Assembly (NCBI RefSeq): GCF_000006765.1
Contig: NC_002516.2
Length of the DNA: 64,000 nt
Origin: Pseudomonas aeruginosa PAO1
GTDB lineage: Bacteria > Pseudomonadota > Gammaproteobacteria > Pseudomonadales > Pseudomonadaceae
Reading direction: 5' to 3' (one strand)
Positions 51,419-61,152 of the stretch are shown piece after piece. The notes beneath the pieces are model-generated. The model had not been told where the DNA came from. It worked only from the letters and a program-made list of their open reading frames with translations, and searched no databases. The position numbers were made by a program, and so were the translations under genes. Positions within the stretch are counted from its first letter, which is position 1. Each line of letters starts with the position of its first letter.

Positions 51419-53323
51419 TCAGAGGGTCTTCATGTACTCGACCAGGGCGCGGCGCTGCTGCTCGTTGAACTGCGCGTTGCCGTAGTCGTGGCCGCCATTG
51501 GCGTTGCCCGGCTTGCCGCTGTCGAAGAGGAAGCGGTTGGCGCCGCCGGCATCGGTGATGTAGCCGACGTTGACCGGGTCGAACTCGACGCTGCCGGTAT
51601 AGAAGGTCCGCGGCCGCAGGTCCGGCGGCAGCAGCAGGTCGTAGAGGGTCGCCACCGAGCCGTTGTGCAGGTAGGGCGGGCTGGCCCAGATACCGTTCAG
51701 CGGGCGCGCCTTGTAGGCCATCAGGTCGCTGGTCATCGCCAGGCACTGCTCCAGGCGCCGGGCCTTGTCGCTGTCGGCCGCGACGTTTTCGGCCAGGAGC
51801 AGGGCGCCTGGCGCGTCCGCGGCGGTCGCTTCGGCGCTGTCGGCGTCGGGGCTGTCCGGCACCGGACTGATCAGCGGCGGCAACTGCCCGTCGAAGATGC
51901 CCAGGGCGGCGGTCTGGAAGGCACCCAGGGCGACGCTCAGGCCGCGCGCGGCCAGGGCCTGGACCACCACTTCCTGGAGCACGTCCACCGCATAGGCCTG
52001 CTTGCCGTAGAAACCGCGCTGGCCGGTGCCGACGAAGGACAGGTAGGGCTTGCCGCGCACGTAGCCGGTCTTCAGTTGGGCGATGCTGTTGCAGGCGGTC
52101 CACGGGTCGGTGCCGATCGGCGCGACCTCGCCGCGCGCCTGCAGGTGGGTGAGCACGGTCTTCACCGGGGTCCGCAGGTCGTTGCGGTCCAGCGGCGTGT
52201 GGCAGCTGGAGCAATGTTGCCGGTACAGCTCGCGGCCCTCGGCGACCCTGGTCGGCTCCGGGGCGCCGAACAGCTGGTTCGGCCAGGCCGGCGGCTTCAG
52301 TTGGCCGAGCTGGTCTTCGATGCGGATCAGGTTGTCGACGTTGATGCTCGACGGGTAGCCGATGTGCAGCGCCGACTGGATCGGGCTGAGCACCTTGACG
52401 TCGGCGAATACCCCGACCGCCTCGCCGGCGTTGCGCGCCAGGGCGCCGACGTCGAACTTGCGGTTGTCGATGTCGACCACGTTGATGTGGTTCGGGTTGA
52501 AGCCGGTCCACTGCACGCGGTCCAGCTGCGGTACGTTCCACAGGAACGGATAGCTCACGGGGGCGTCCTCGGCGCCGTAGATCTGCTCGTCGGCGTGCAG
52601 TTCGTAGCCCACCGAGTTGAAGATCGAACCGATGGCGTCCAGGCGGCCCGGGCCGAACTCGGGATCGTGCGGCAGGTTGAAGTGCGAGCCGTCGCGCAGG
52701 CGCACGATGGTGGCGTCCAGGGCTGCCTGCAGGCGCGCCTTGTTGGCGTCGTTGTAGCCGCTGACCAGGCCGTCGGCGCCGAGCACCTTGCGGGCGAAGC
52801 GCTCGAACTTGGCGGTGTCGGCGCGGGTGCTCTGCAGGGCGCCGAGGATCTCCAGCTGGAAGCCGGCGAGGTCGCCCATGGTCTGCCCGCCGTAGACGGT
52901 CAACTGGGTGCCCTGGTAGCTGATGTGCGAGGTGTGGCACATGCTGCAGGTCGGTCCGACCCAGGGTTCCCTGGAGCCCTGCAGGGCTTTCCAGCGCAGC
53001 TTGGTGAAGGTCAGGTCGCTGTCGTCGCTGCGGTCGACCGCGTAGCCCTGCACCACCTTCACGCTGGAACCGCCGAGGGTGTGCGGGACATAGCCGTACT
53101 GGCGGATCAGCGCATCGGACATCAGCGGTTCTTCGCTGGCGCGCTGCTCCAGCGCCACCAGCCAGGCCAGCGGCAGCATCCGCGAGCCCTGGCCGGCTTC
53201 CAGCCAGGCGGTCTTCTGGGTCTGGTTCCAGCCCTGGTCGAGGTCGACGCCGCTGTCGTCGGCGAATGCCGGGGCACCGGCGAGGACGGAAAGGATGGCA
53301 AGGCTGAGTCGCGATAGGGTCAT
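51419..53323 (-). CDS. Di-heme cytochrome c peroxidase/RoxA-like enzyme; oleate 10S-dioxygenase by synteny, 634 aa
   Basis: Signal peptide, CSMCH and CSSCH heme motifs, and YKARPLNGIWASPPYLHNGSV. Confidence 0.85.
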   Translation of the reverse strand: MTLSRLSLAILSVLAGAPAFADDSGVDLDQGWNQTQKTAWLEAGQGSRMLPLAWLVALEQRASEEPLMSDALIRQYGYVPHTLGGSSVKVVQGYAVDRSDDSDLTFTKLRWKALQGSREPWVGPTCSMCHTSHISYQGTQLTVYGGQTMGDLAGFQLEILGALQSTRADTAKFERFARKVLGADGLVSGYNDANKARLQAALDATIVRLRDGSHFNLPHDPEFGPGRLDAIGSIFNSVGYELHADEQIYGAEDAPVSYPFLWNVPQLDRVQWTGFNPNHINVVDIDNRKFDVGALARNAGEAVGVFADVKVLSPIQSALHIGYPSSINVDNLIRIEDQLGQLKPPAWPNQLFGAPEPTRVAEGRELYRQHCSSCHTPLDRNDLRTPVKTVLTHLQARGEVAPIGTDPWTACNSIAQLKTGYVRGKPYLSFVGTGQRGFYGKQAYAVDVLQEVVVQALAARGLSVALGAFQTAALGIFDGQLPPLISPVPDSPDADSAEATAADAPGALLLAENVAADSDKARRLEQCLAMTSDLMAYKARPLNGIWASPPYLHNGSVATLYDLLLPPDLRPRTFYTGSVEFDPVNVGYITDAGGANRFLFDSGKPGNANGGHDYGNAQFNEQQRRALVEYMKTL

Positions 53324-53362
53324 CGGGCGGTTCTCTCTATTGGGCATGTGGGCGGGGCCGGC

Positions 53363-55237
53363 TCACAGGGTCTTGAGGTATTCGAGCAACGCCAGGCGCT
53401 GGCTTTCGTCGTACTCGCGGGCGAAGTCGTGGCCGGCGTTGGAGTTGCCTTCCAGGTGGGTGTCGAAGAGGAAGGCGTTGTCCGGGCCGGGCGCGGTGAG
53501 GTAGCCGACCCGGCTCGGATCGAACTCGTGGCTGCCGGTGTAGAAGGTGGCCGGCCGTTGCTCCTGGGGCAGCAGCAGGTCGTACAGCGACGGCACCGAA
53601 CCGTTGTGCAGGTAGGGTGCGGTGGCCCAGATGCCGTTCAGCGGGCGAGCGATGTAGCCGAGGAATGGATGCTCGGTATTCAGGCAGTAGTCCTTGCGCG
53701 CACTCTTGTCGGTGGGGACTTCGCCGGCGGCGAGGCTCTGCGCCTGGCTGTCGGCAGGGGCGGCGCCGGCCAGCAGCAATTGTCCGGCGGGCACCGCTTG
53801 CAGGCTGTCGGAGCCGGGCAGGGTCTGCTGCCCGGTGACGATGGCGTGGATGATCTCGGCGATGCCGTCGGCCAGCTGGCCTTTCTTGCCGAGCATGATC
53901 TGGAACACCTCGGGGACCTGCATGTCGGCGATCTTCGAAGTCCGCCCGACGATGCCGACGCCGCTGGGGGTGCCGAGGGACGGTCGGAACAGGCCGAAGT
54001 AGTTGCCGCTGGGGCTGCTGAAGGTGAAGGTGTTGCAGGCCATCCACGGGTCGGTGCCGATCGGCGCGTCGTCGCCATGGGCCTTCAGGCGCACCTGGCG
54101 GACCTTGATCGGGGTTTGCAGGTCGTCGCGGCCGATGCTCGCATGGCAGGCCGCGCAGTTCTCCTCGTAGAGGCGCTTGCCCTGGGCCAGCCTGGCGCTG
54201 TCCGGGGCGCCGAACAGCTGGCTCGGCCAGGCCGGCGCCTTGAGCTTGTGGATCAGGCCCTCGACACGGGTCAGGTTGTCCACGCGGATGCTCGATATAT
54301 AGCCCTCCAGGCCGGACAGCGGATGGCTGACCACGTCGCCGTAGTCGCCCTGGACCACGCCGATGTCGCCGGCCAGGTAGCCGAGGTCGAAGACCTGGCC
54401 GTTGAGGTCGAGGACCTTGACGTTGGGCACGAATCCGCTGGATTGCAGCTTGTCCATCTGCAACGTGTGCCACAGTGCCGGGAAGCTGGTCGGCGCGTCG
54501 GTCGGGTTCGCTTGCAGATGGCGGGCGCCGGAGTTGATTGCCGCGCGGTTGAGTGACTGGCCGGTGGCGTCGAGGCGCCCCGGGCCGGGTTGCAGGTCGG
54601 TCGCGGACATGCTCAGCAGGGTGTCGATCAGCGCCGCGCGTTTGACCAGGGCGGCCTTCAGCAGCTCGCGGTTGGCCGGGCTGTCCTCGCTGCCGAGGAC
54701 GTTGCCGGCGAAGCGCGCGAACTTGTCGCCGTCGTCGCTGGTGCGGCGCAGCGCGGCGAGCACTTCGTCGAAGATCGCCTGGACGTTGGCCAGGGTGGCG
54801 CCGGCGTCGACGGTCAGTTCGCTGCCACGGTAACTGATGTCGGTGGAGTGGCAGCCGGCGCAATTCAGCCCGACCCAGGGTTCGCTGGACGACTGGCGGG
54901 CTTTCCAGCGCAGGCGGGTGTCGGAGAACTGGCTGTCGTCCTGCTGGTCGAGGGCGAAGCCGCGCGGCAGGCGCAGTTCGCCGCCTTGCCAGTTGCGCAG
55001 GGGAAAGCCGAGGCGCCGGGCGTTGTCTTCGGAGAACAGGCGCTCCTCGCTGTCCGGACGCTCCAGCGCCTGGGCCCAGGCCAGCGGCAGCAGCCGCGAA
55101 CCGAGCGAGGCGTCGTACCAGGAGGCGCGTTGCTCGGCGTTCCAGCCTTGCTCGAGCTGGATTTCGGTGGCGACGGCAGGGCTGCCGGCGGCGGCCAGTG
55201 CGGCGGCCAGCAGGACCCGCGAAAAGGTCGGATGCAT
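53363..55237 (-). CDS. Di-heme paralogue; 7,10-hydroperoxide diol synthase by synteny, 624 aa
   Basis: Signal peptide, CAGCH and CAACH heme motifs, and ARPLNGIWATAPYLHNGSV. It is a tandem paralogue of the downstream gene. Confidence 0.85.
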   Translation of the reverse strand: MHPTFSRVLLAAALAAAGSPAVATEIQLEQGWNAEQRASWYDASLGSRLLPLAWAQALERPDSEERLFSEDNARRLGFPLRNWQGGELRLPRGFALDQQDDSQFSDTRLRWKARQSSSEPWVGLNCAGCHSTDISYRGSELTVDAGATLANVQAIFDEVLAALRRTSDDGDKFARFAGNVLGSEDSPANRELLKAALVKRAALIDTLLSMSATDLQPGPGRLDATGQSLNRAAINSGARHLQANPTDAPTSFPALWHTLQMDKLQSSGFVPNVKVLDLNGQVFDLGYLAGDIGVVQGDYGDVVSHPLSGLEGYISSIRVDNLTRVEGLIHKLKAPAWPSQLFGAPDSARLAQGKRLYEENCAACHASIGRDDLQTPIKVRQVRLKAHGDDAPIGTDPWMACNTFTFSSPSGNYFGLFRPSLGTPSGVGIVGRTSKIADMQVPEVFQIMLGKKGQLADGIAEIIHAIVTGQQTLPGSDSLQAVPAGQLLLAGAAPADSQAQSLAAGEVPTDKSARKDYCLNTEHPFLGYIARPLNGIWATAPYLHNGSVPSLYDLLLPQEQRPATFYTGSHEFDPSRVGYLTAPGPDNAFLFDTHLEGNSNAGHDFAREYDESQRLALLEYLKTL

Positions 55238-55522
55238 CGTGTTCCCCTCATGGCTGACGACGTCTGCGTCCCCACAGGGCAGAGCGATGCAGTGCGCTCG
55301 ATGGCTGGGCGTGCCGCCACTTCGTCCCTGACGGGAGCGCGCCGGCCGCGGCGCGCCGCGGGCCGGAACGTCCGGTTGGGCACTACGCTACGGAGTCGCG
55401 GCGGCCGGCGGGTAATGCTTTTTGTGCGACGGAAAAGGTATGGGAAACGGAACCGCCCGGTCCGGAAAGGGCGCGCCGGTCGGGCTTCGCCGTGCGCGCC
55501 AGGTTCGCAGGGCGGAGAGCGC

Positions 55523-56929
55523 CTAGGGCGTTGCCCGTTCTATCGGACAATCCCTGCCGGGCTTGCGGACGAAGACCAGGTAGAGTGCGCTGAGCAGCGC
55601 AAGGAACGGCACGCCGAAGACCAGGGTCATGCGGAACGCCTCGGTGAAGAAGGTGGTGACCAGAATCGCCGCCATCAGCGCCAGGCCGAGCAATGTCGAC
55701 CAGGGCGCCAGGCGCATGCGGAAGGCCAGCGGCGCGCCGCCGTGGCGGGCGCGGTGGCGGCGGAAGCAGAGGTGGGTGAAGAAGATCATCAGCCAGGTGA
55801 AGAGGGCGCCGAACATCGACACCGCCATCATCAGGGTGAAGGACTGCTCGGGGTAGACCAGGTTGAGCAGGGTCGCCAGGGCGATACCGACGCTCGACAG
55901 CAGCAGCGCGTTCAGCGGCACGCCCTGGCGGCTCAGTTCGCCGAGGCCCTTCGGCGCGTGCCCCGCGCGCGACAGGCTGAACATCATCCGGGTGGTGATG
56001 TAGAGCTGGCTGTTCATCGCCGACAGCGCGGCCACCAGCACCACGAAGTTCATCACCCCGGTGGCGCCGGGCAGGCCGATCGCCTGCATCACCGTGACGA
56101 ACGGGCTCTGGCTCTGCCCGGCCTGGTCCCAGGGGACGATGGCGAGCATCAGCGCCAGGGTCAGCAGGTAGAACACCACCAGGCGCACGATGGTCGAGCG
56201 GAACGCCGACCTCACCGCCTGTTCCGGATGTTCGGCCTCGGCGGCGGCGACCGCGATCATCTCCACGCTGAGATAACTGAAGATCGACACCACCACGGCG
56301 ATCCACATGCCTTTCAGGCCGTGCGGGAAGAAGCCGCCGTGGGCGCTGTAGTTGTGCACGCCGTAGGCCGGGTTGGCGGAGCCGAACACCAGGTAGGCGC
56401 CGAGCAGGATGAAGGCGACGATGGCGGCGATCTTCAGTGTCGAGAAGCAGTATTCGAAGTTGCCGAAGGCTTTCACGCTGCTGGCGTTCAGGCCGATCAG
56501 CAGGGTCGAGAAGGAGATGATCCAGACCCATTCCGGGATACCGGCGAACCAGTACTTCATGTACATGGCCACCGCCGTGACCTCGGTGCCCACCGCCAGG
56601 ACGATGGCCGCCCAGTAGGCGTAGCGCACCAGGAACCCGGCCAGCGGGCCGACGTAGTGCTCGGCGAAGGCGCCGAACGAGCCGGGGGTGGCATGGGCCA
56701 CGGTCATTTCCGCCAGGCAGCCCATCAGCAGCAGGGTGATCAGCGCGCCGATGGCGTAGCTGAGCAGGACGCTGGGGCCTGCGAAACCGATGGCGAAGGC
56801 GCTGCCCATGAACAGGCCGGTGCCGATGGCGCCGCCGATGGCGATCATGCTCATCTGCGCGGCCGAGAGCCGCCGTTGCAGGCCCTGTTCGCGGCGCGAG
56901 ATGGCCTCGAAGCCCTGGGGGTCGTTCAT
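55523..56929 (-). CDS. APC amino acid permease, 468 aa, downstream of kynU
   Basis: Motifs MIAIGGAIGTGLFMGS and SAMNSQLYITTRMMFSL. Confidence 0.9.
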   Translation of the reverse strand: MNDPQGFEAISRREQGLQRRLSAAQMSMIAIGGAIGTGLFMGSAFAIGFAGPSVLLSYAIGALITLLLMGCLAEMTVAHATPGSFGAFAEHYVGPLAGFLVRYAYWAAIVLAVGTEVTAVAMYMKYWFAGIPEWVWIISFSTLLIGLNASSVKAFGNFEYCFSTLKIAAIVAFILLGAYLVFGSANPAYGVHNYSAHGGFFPHGLKGMWIAVVVSIFSYLSVEMIAVAAAEAEHPEQAVRSAFRSTIVRLVVFYLLTLALMLAIVPWDQAGQSQSPFVTVMQAIGLPGATGVMNFVVLVAALSAMNSQLYITTRMMFSLSRAGHAPKGLGELSRQGVPLNALLLSSVGIALATLLNLVYPEQSFTLMMAVSMFGALFTWLMIFFTHLCFRRHRARHGGAPLAFRMRLAPWSTLLGLALMAAILVTTFFTEAFRMTLVFGVPFLALLSALYLVFVRKPGRDCPIERATP

Positions 56930-57084
56930 CTGGATGTCCTCTGGAATCTTATTGGGGTTCTTATGAATTGCCGAGGGAACGTCGGTGGCGATGTGCGGGT
57001 GCCGGTCGCGGGCTCCTGTGCGCGAGAGCGGTGGGTGCTCGTGGGCCGCCCCGGGAATACCGGCGCGGTCCGCGCGGGCGGGAC

Positions 57085-58335
57085 TCAGGTCACCTTGTGC
57101 CGGACCTGGTAGCGCGGCTCTTTCCAGGCTTCGCTCTGGAGGATTTCCAGCAACGCCTGCACCGCATCCCAGACCTCGACGAAGCGGGTGTAAAGCGGGG
57201 TGAAGCCGAAGCGCAGGATGCCCGGCTCGCGGTAGTCGCCGATTACCCCCCGGTCGATCAGGGCCTGGACGATGGCGTAGCCCTGGGCATGCTCGAAGCT
57301 GACATGGCTGCCGCGCCGGGCATGCTCGCGCGGGGTCACCAGGGTCAGGCCGAAGCGTTCGCAACGGCTTTCCACCAATTCGATGAACAGATCGGCGAGG
57401 GCCAGCGACTTGTCGCGCAGGCGCTGCATGTCGGTCCGGGCGAAGATATCCAGGCCGCATTCGACCAGGGCCAGCGAGGTGATCGGCTGGGTGCCGCAGA
57501 GGAACCGGGTGATGCCTTCGCCGGGCTGGTAGCGCGGCTCCATGGCGAACTGGCGGGAATGACCGAACCAGCCGGACAGCGGTTGCCAGACACGCTCGCG
57601 CAGGCGCGGCGCGACCCACACGTAGGCCGGCGAGCCGGGGCCGCCGTTGAGGTACTTGTAGGTGCAGCCGATGGCGTAGTCGGCGTCGGCCGCGTGCAGG
57701 TCCAGCGGCAGCGCGCCGGCCGAGTGGGCCAGGTCCCAGATCGCCAGGGCGCCGTTTTCGTGGACCAGGCGGGTGACCTCGCGCATGTCGTGCAGGTAGC
57801 CGGTCTTGTAGTTGACATGGCTGAGCATCACCACCGCGGTATCCGCGTCGATCGCCGCCGGCAATTGCTCCGGGTCATCTACCAGGCGTAGCCGGTAGCC
57901 GCGCTGGAGCATGTCGGTAAGGCCCTCGGCGATGTACAGATCAGTGGGGAAGTTGCTCGATTCGGAAACGATCACCTTGCGCCCTGGCGCGTCTTCCTCC
58001 TGGATCCGTAGGGCGGCGCTGAGCACCTTGAACAGGTTGATCGATGTGGTGTCGGTGATCACCACTTCGCCGGCGCGCGCGCCGATCAGGGGCGCCAGCT
58101 TGTCGCCGAGGCGCTCCGGCAGGCCGCGCCAGTCGGCGCTGTTCCAGCTGCGGATGAGCCCCTCGCCCCATTCCGCGGCGACCACTTCGGCGGCGCGCTC
58201 CACGGCGGCCCGGGGGCGGGCGCCGAGGGAGTTGCCGTCGAGGTAGATCACGCCGTCGGGCAGGGCGAACAGTTGGCGCAGGTCGGCCAGGGGATCGCCG
58301 GCGTCGAGCGCCAGGCAGTCGTCACGAGTGGTCAT
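57085..58335 (-). CDS. kynU: Kynureninase, 416 aa
   Basis: Motifs [16 protein letters not shown] and [11 protein letters not shown]. Confidence 0.96.
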   Translation of the reverse strand: MTTRDDCLALDAGDPLADLRQLFALPDGVIYLDGNSLGARPRAAVERAAEVVAAEWGEGLIRSWNSADWRGLPERLGDKLAPLIGARAGEVVITDTTSINLFKVLSAALRIQEEDAPGRKVIVSESSNFPTDLYIAEGLTDMLQRGYRLRLVDDPEQLPAAIDADTAVVMLSHVNYKTGYLHDMREVTRLVHENGALAIWDLAHSAGALPLDLHAADADYAIGCTYKYLNGGPGSPAYVWVAPRLRERVWQPLSGWFGHSRQFAMEPRYQPGEGITRFLCGTQPITSLALVECGLDIFARTDMQRLRDKSLALADLFIELVESRCERFGLTLVTPREHARRGSHVSFEHAQGYAIVQALIDRGVIGDYREPGILRFGFTPLYTRFVEVWDAVQALLEILQSEAWKEPRYQVRHKVT

Positions 58336-58338
58336 CGG

Positions 58339-58980
58339 TTACTCCGCGGTAGGCAGGGCGCGCAGCACGGCACGCACCGGGCTGGCATCGAGGTGGGTGA
58401 ATTTCAGCGGCAGGGCGAGTAGTTCGTAGTCGCCGGCGGGCACGTCGTCGAGGACCACGCCTTCGAGGATCGCCATGCCGTGGCGGCCCACCGCGTGGTG
58501 GGCGTCGAGGGTCTTGGAGTGCTGGGGGTCGAGCGACGGGGTGTCGATGCCGACCAGCCTGACGCCGCGCTCGGCGAGGCACTCGATGGTGGCCGGAGCG
58601 ATAGCGCAGAAGCCTTCCGGCCAGTTCGCCGGGACCCGTTCGAAGGTCCGTAGCAGCACCCGCGAGGGCAGGTCGTCGAGCTGGCCGGCGAGGTGTTCGG
58701 GGGTCACCAGCGGGTTAGCGCCGATACAGTGGATCACCCGGCACGGTCCCATGTAGATGTCCAGCGGCACCTGGCCGATGGGCAGGCCGTCGGCGCGGTA
58801 GTGCAGGGGGCCGTCGACGTGGGCGCCGGTATGCGGCGAAAGGGTGATCCGGCCGACGTTGACCGGGCACTGCTCGTCCAGCCGCGCCGCCCATTCCTGC
58901 TGGAACGGCGTGTCGCCGGGCCAGGTCGGCGTGTTCGGGTCGAGGGCGGGACTGATGTCCCAGTAGCGGAGCGAAGTCAT
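58339..58980 (-). CDS. kynB: Kynurenine formamidase (cyclase family), 213 aa
   Basis: Motifs [19 protein letters not shown] and DASPVRAVL. Confidence 0.95.
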   Translation of the reverse strand: MTSLRYWDISPALDPNTPTWPGDTPFQQEWAARLDEQCPVNVGRITLSPHTGAHVDGPLHYRADGLPIGQVPLDIYMGPCRVIHCIGANPLVTPEHLAGQLDDLPSRVLLRTFERVPANWPEGFCAIAPATIECLAERGVRLVGIDTPSLDPQHSKTLDAHHAVGRHGMAILEGVVLDDVPAGDYELLALPLKFTHLDASPVRAVLRALPTAE

Positions 58981-59027
58981 TGTTTTTCTCCGGAAGTCCA
59001 GCGAATGATAATGAACGAGATTTCGGA

Positions 59028-59079
59028 GAATTTTCGTGCGAAATGCAAGGTCGCATGGCAGTCTGTTCGCACAAAATTC
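59028..59079. promoter_or_regulatory. Inverted repeat in the kynB-kynR divergent region (probable KynR site)
   Basis: GAATTTTCGTGCGAA ... TTCGCACAAAATTC. Confidence 0.5.
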
Positions 59080-59112
59080 GAAGATAGCTATTCATTCTGA
59101 TAGGAATTGCAC

Positions 59113-59589
59113 ATGTCCCTGGACGCCATCGATCTGCGCATTCTCCGTCACCTGCAGCAGGACGGGCGGATGAGCAACCAGGACCTGGCGGAGAAGGTCT
59201 CCCTCTCGCCATCCGCCTGCCTGCGCCGGCTGCGCCTGCTGGAAAGCGAGGGGATCATCCGCGGCTACTCGGTGGAACTGGATGCCGAGCGACTGGGCGT
59301 GGAGCTGGAAGCCATCGTCCATGTGTCGCTGCGCCAGGACGTCGAGGGTTGGCACGAGGCGTTCATCGCCAGGGTCCGGGACTGGCCGGAGGTGGTCACC
59401 GCCTATGTGGTGACCGGCGCCACCAACTATGTGCTACGGGTCCGGGCGCGCAACCTCAAGCACTATTCGGACTTCATCGTGAACAAGCTGAACCGCGCCG
59501 CCGGCGTCACCGACATCCGCTCGGAAATCGTCCTGCAGGAGATCAAGGCCGGTGCCGACCTGCTCGACCTGGTGAACCTGAAGAGTTGA
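59113..59589 (+). CDS. kynR: Lrp/AsnC regulator of kynBU, 158 aa
   Basis: LDAIDLRILRHLQQDGRMSNQDLAEKVSLSPSACLRR is an Lrp HTH; it is divergent from kynB. Confidence 0.92.
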   Translation: MSLDAIDLRILRHLQQDGRMSNQDLAEKVSLSPSACLRRLRLLESEGIIRGYSVELDAERLGVELEAIVHVSLRQDVEGWHEAFIARVRDWPEVVTAYVVTGATNYVLRVRARNLKHYSDFIVNKLNRAAGVTDIRSEIVLQEIKAGADLLDLVNLKS

Positions 59590-59790
59590 ACGGGGCGACC
59601 CCTCATAAAAGCATGAGTGCAATGAGAGGGACGAATTTTCAGTCGCCGAGGGAAATAATTATTTTGTCTTTTTTCATGGGGTTACGAGTTATTAGCTAAT
59701 GAATAAATAGTCTGCCGGAATTGATTTTCCCCGTGCTAGGTTTCCTCCGTCCCCGTTGCCGGGTTGTCAACGTTACACGGAGGTTAGGCG

Positions 59791-61065
59791 GTGAGTGAAT
59801 ATATCGAGACCGACGACGCAAGTTACTTCCGGGTCAGGCGCCAGGCCTATGTTTCCGCGGAACTGCACCGGCGCGAACTGCACGAGATATTCGACGACAG
59901 CTGGCTGTATGCCGCCCACCTCAGCGAACTGCGCGAGCCCGGCGACTTCATCACCCGCGACGTCGGCGGGCGCAACCTGATCATCCAGCGTCGCGCCGAT
60001 GGCGAGCCGGCGGTCTACCTGAACGCCTGCGCGCACCGTGGGGCCAAGGTCTGCGCCGAGCGCCAGGGCAACAGCCAGCGTTTCACCTGTCCCTACCATG
60101 GCTGGACCTACGACAGCCACGGCAGCCTGATCGGCCTGCCGGACAAGGCCGCCTACCAGCATGCCGGGCAATGCCATCCGGAGCTGTCCCTGACACAGGT
60201 GAAACACGCGGTCTACCGCAACTTCCTGTTCATCCACTACGGCGCCCGGCAAGCGTCCCTGGAAACCTACCTGGGCCAGGCGAAGGACTATATCGACCTG
60301 ATCTGCGACCAGTCCGAGGCGGAACTGGAGATCATCCCCGGCGGCTTCGAGCATTCGATCAAGGCCAACTGGAAGCTGCTCGCGGAAAACGGCGTGGACG
60401 CCTACCACCTGCCGTTCGCCCACAAGCGCTACCTGGAATACCTGAATACCCTCGGCACCGATCCGGAGTCGCACAAGCGCCATGGCCGCGGCGAAGCGCT
60501 GGGCAACGGCCACGCGCTGATCATCAGCGGCCCGCCGTCCACCGGACGGCCGATCGCCTACTGGAGTCCGTTGTTCCCGGAAGCGCTCAAGCCGTCCATC
60601 GCCGCCAAGTTCGAACGCCTGGTGGAACGCTTCGGGCAGGCGCGGGCAGAGGACATCGCCCACACCAACAAAAGCCTGTTCATCTTTCCCAACCTGGTGA
60701 TCAACGACATCCTCGGCCTGAACATCCGCTCGTTCTTCCCGACCGCCGCCGATGAGGTCAGCGTCACCGTATGGGGCGCCGGCTTCGCCGATGAGACCCG
60801 CGAGGAGCGGGCGGCGCGGATCAATGGGTTGATCTCGTTCATCGGCCCGGGCGGTTTCGGCACCCCCGACGACGTCGAGATCCTCGAATCCTGTCAGCGC
60901 GCCTACGCCCACGCCGCCCTCGGCTACAGCGATTTTTCCCGCGGCATGGGACCGGCAACCCGCCGCCACGTCGACGAGGAGCAGAACCGCGGCTTCTGGC
61001 GCGAGTGGAGCCGCCGGCTCGGGCAGCAGCCCGCCGCCCTGCGGCGTCTCGCCGTGGCCGTCTGA
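59791..61065 (+). CDS. Rieske ring-hydroxylating oxygenase alpha subunit, 424 aa
   Basis: Rieske motifs CAHRG and CPYHGW, mononuclear Fe motif ENGVDAYHLPFAH, and DDVEILE. GTG start. Confidence 0.93.
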   Translation: MSEYIETDDASYFRVRRQAYVSAELHRRELHEIFDDSWLYAAHLSELREPGDFITRDVGGRNLIIQRRADGEPAVYLNACAHRGAKVCAERQGNSQRFTCPYHGWTYDSHGSLIGLPDKAAYQHAGQCHPELSLTQVKHAVYRNFLFIHYGARQASLETYLGQAKDYIDLICDQSEAELEIIPGGFEHSIKANWKLLAENGVDAYHLPFAHKRYLEYLNTLGTDPESHKRHGRGEALGNGHALIISGPPSTGRPIAYWSPLFPEALKPSIAAKFERLVERFGQARAEDIAHTNKSLFIFPNLVINDILGLNIRSFFPTAADEVSVTVWGAGFADETREERAARINGLISFIGPGGFGTPDDVEILESCQRAYAHAALGYSDFSRGMGPATRRHVDEEQNRGFWREWSRRLGQQPAALRRLAVAV

Positions 61066-61152
61066 GCCGTCTTCAACCATCGCTCCCTGCAGATCCCTGC
61101 GCGCCGCCCTGGCTACGCGGGGAATAAAGGGTCACTGCAAGGAACGTCATCC

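Noticed and set aside
57085-59589. kynBU without kynA as an incomplete pathway
   Set aside because: From established knowledge, kynA is encoded elsewhere in P. aeruginosa, so this arrangement is normal.
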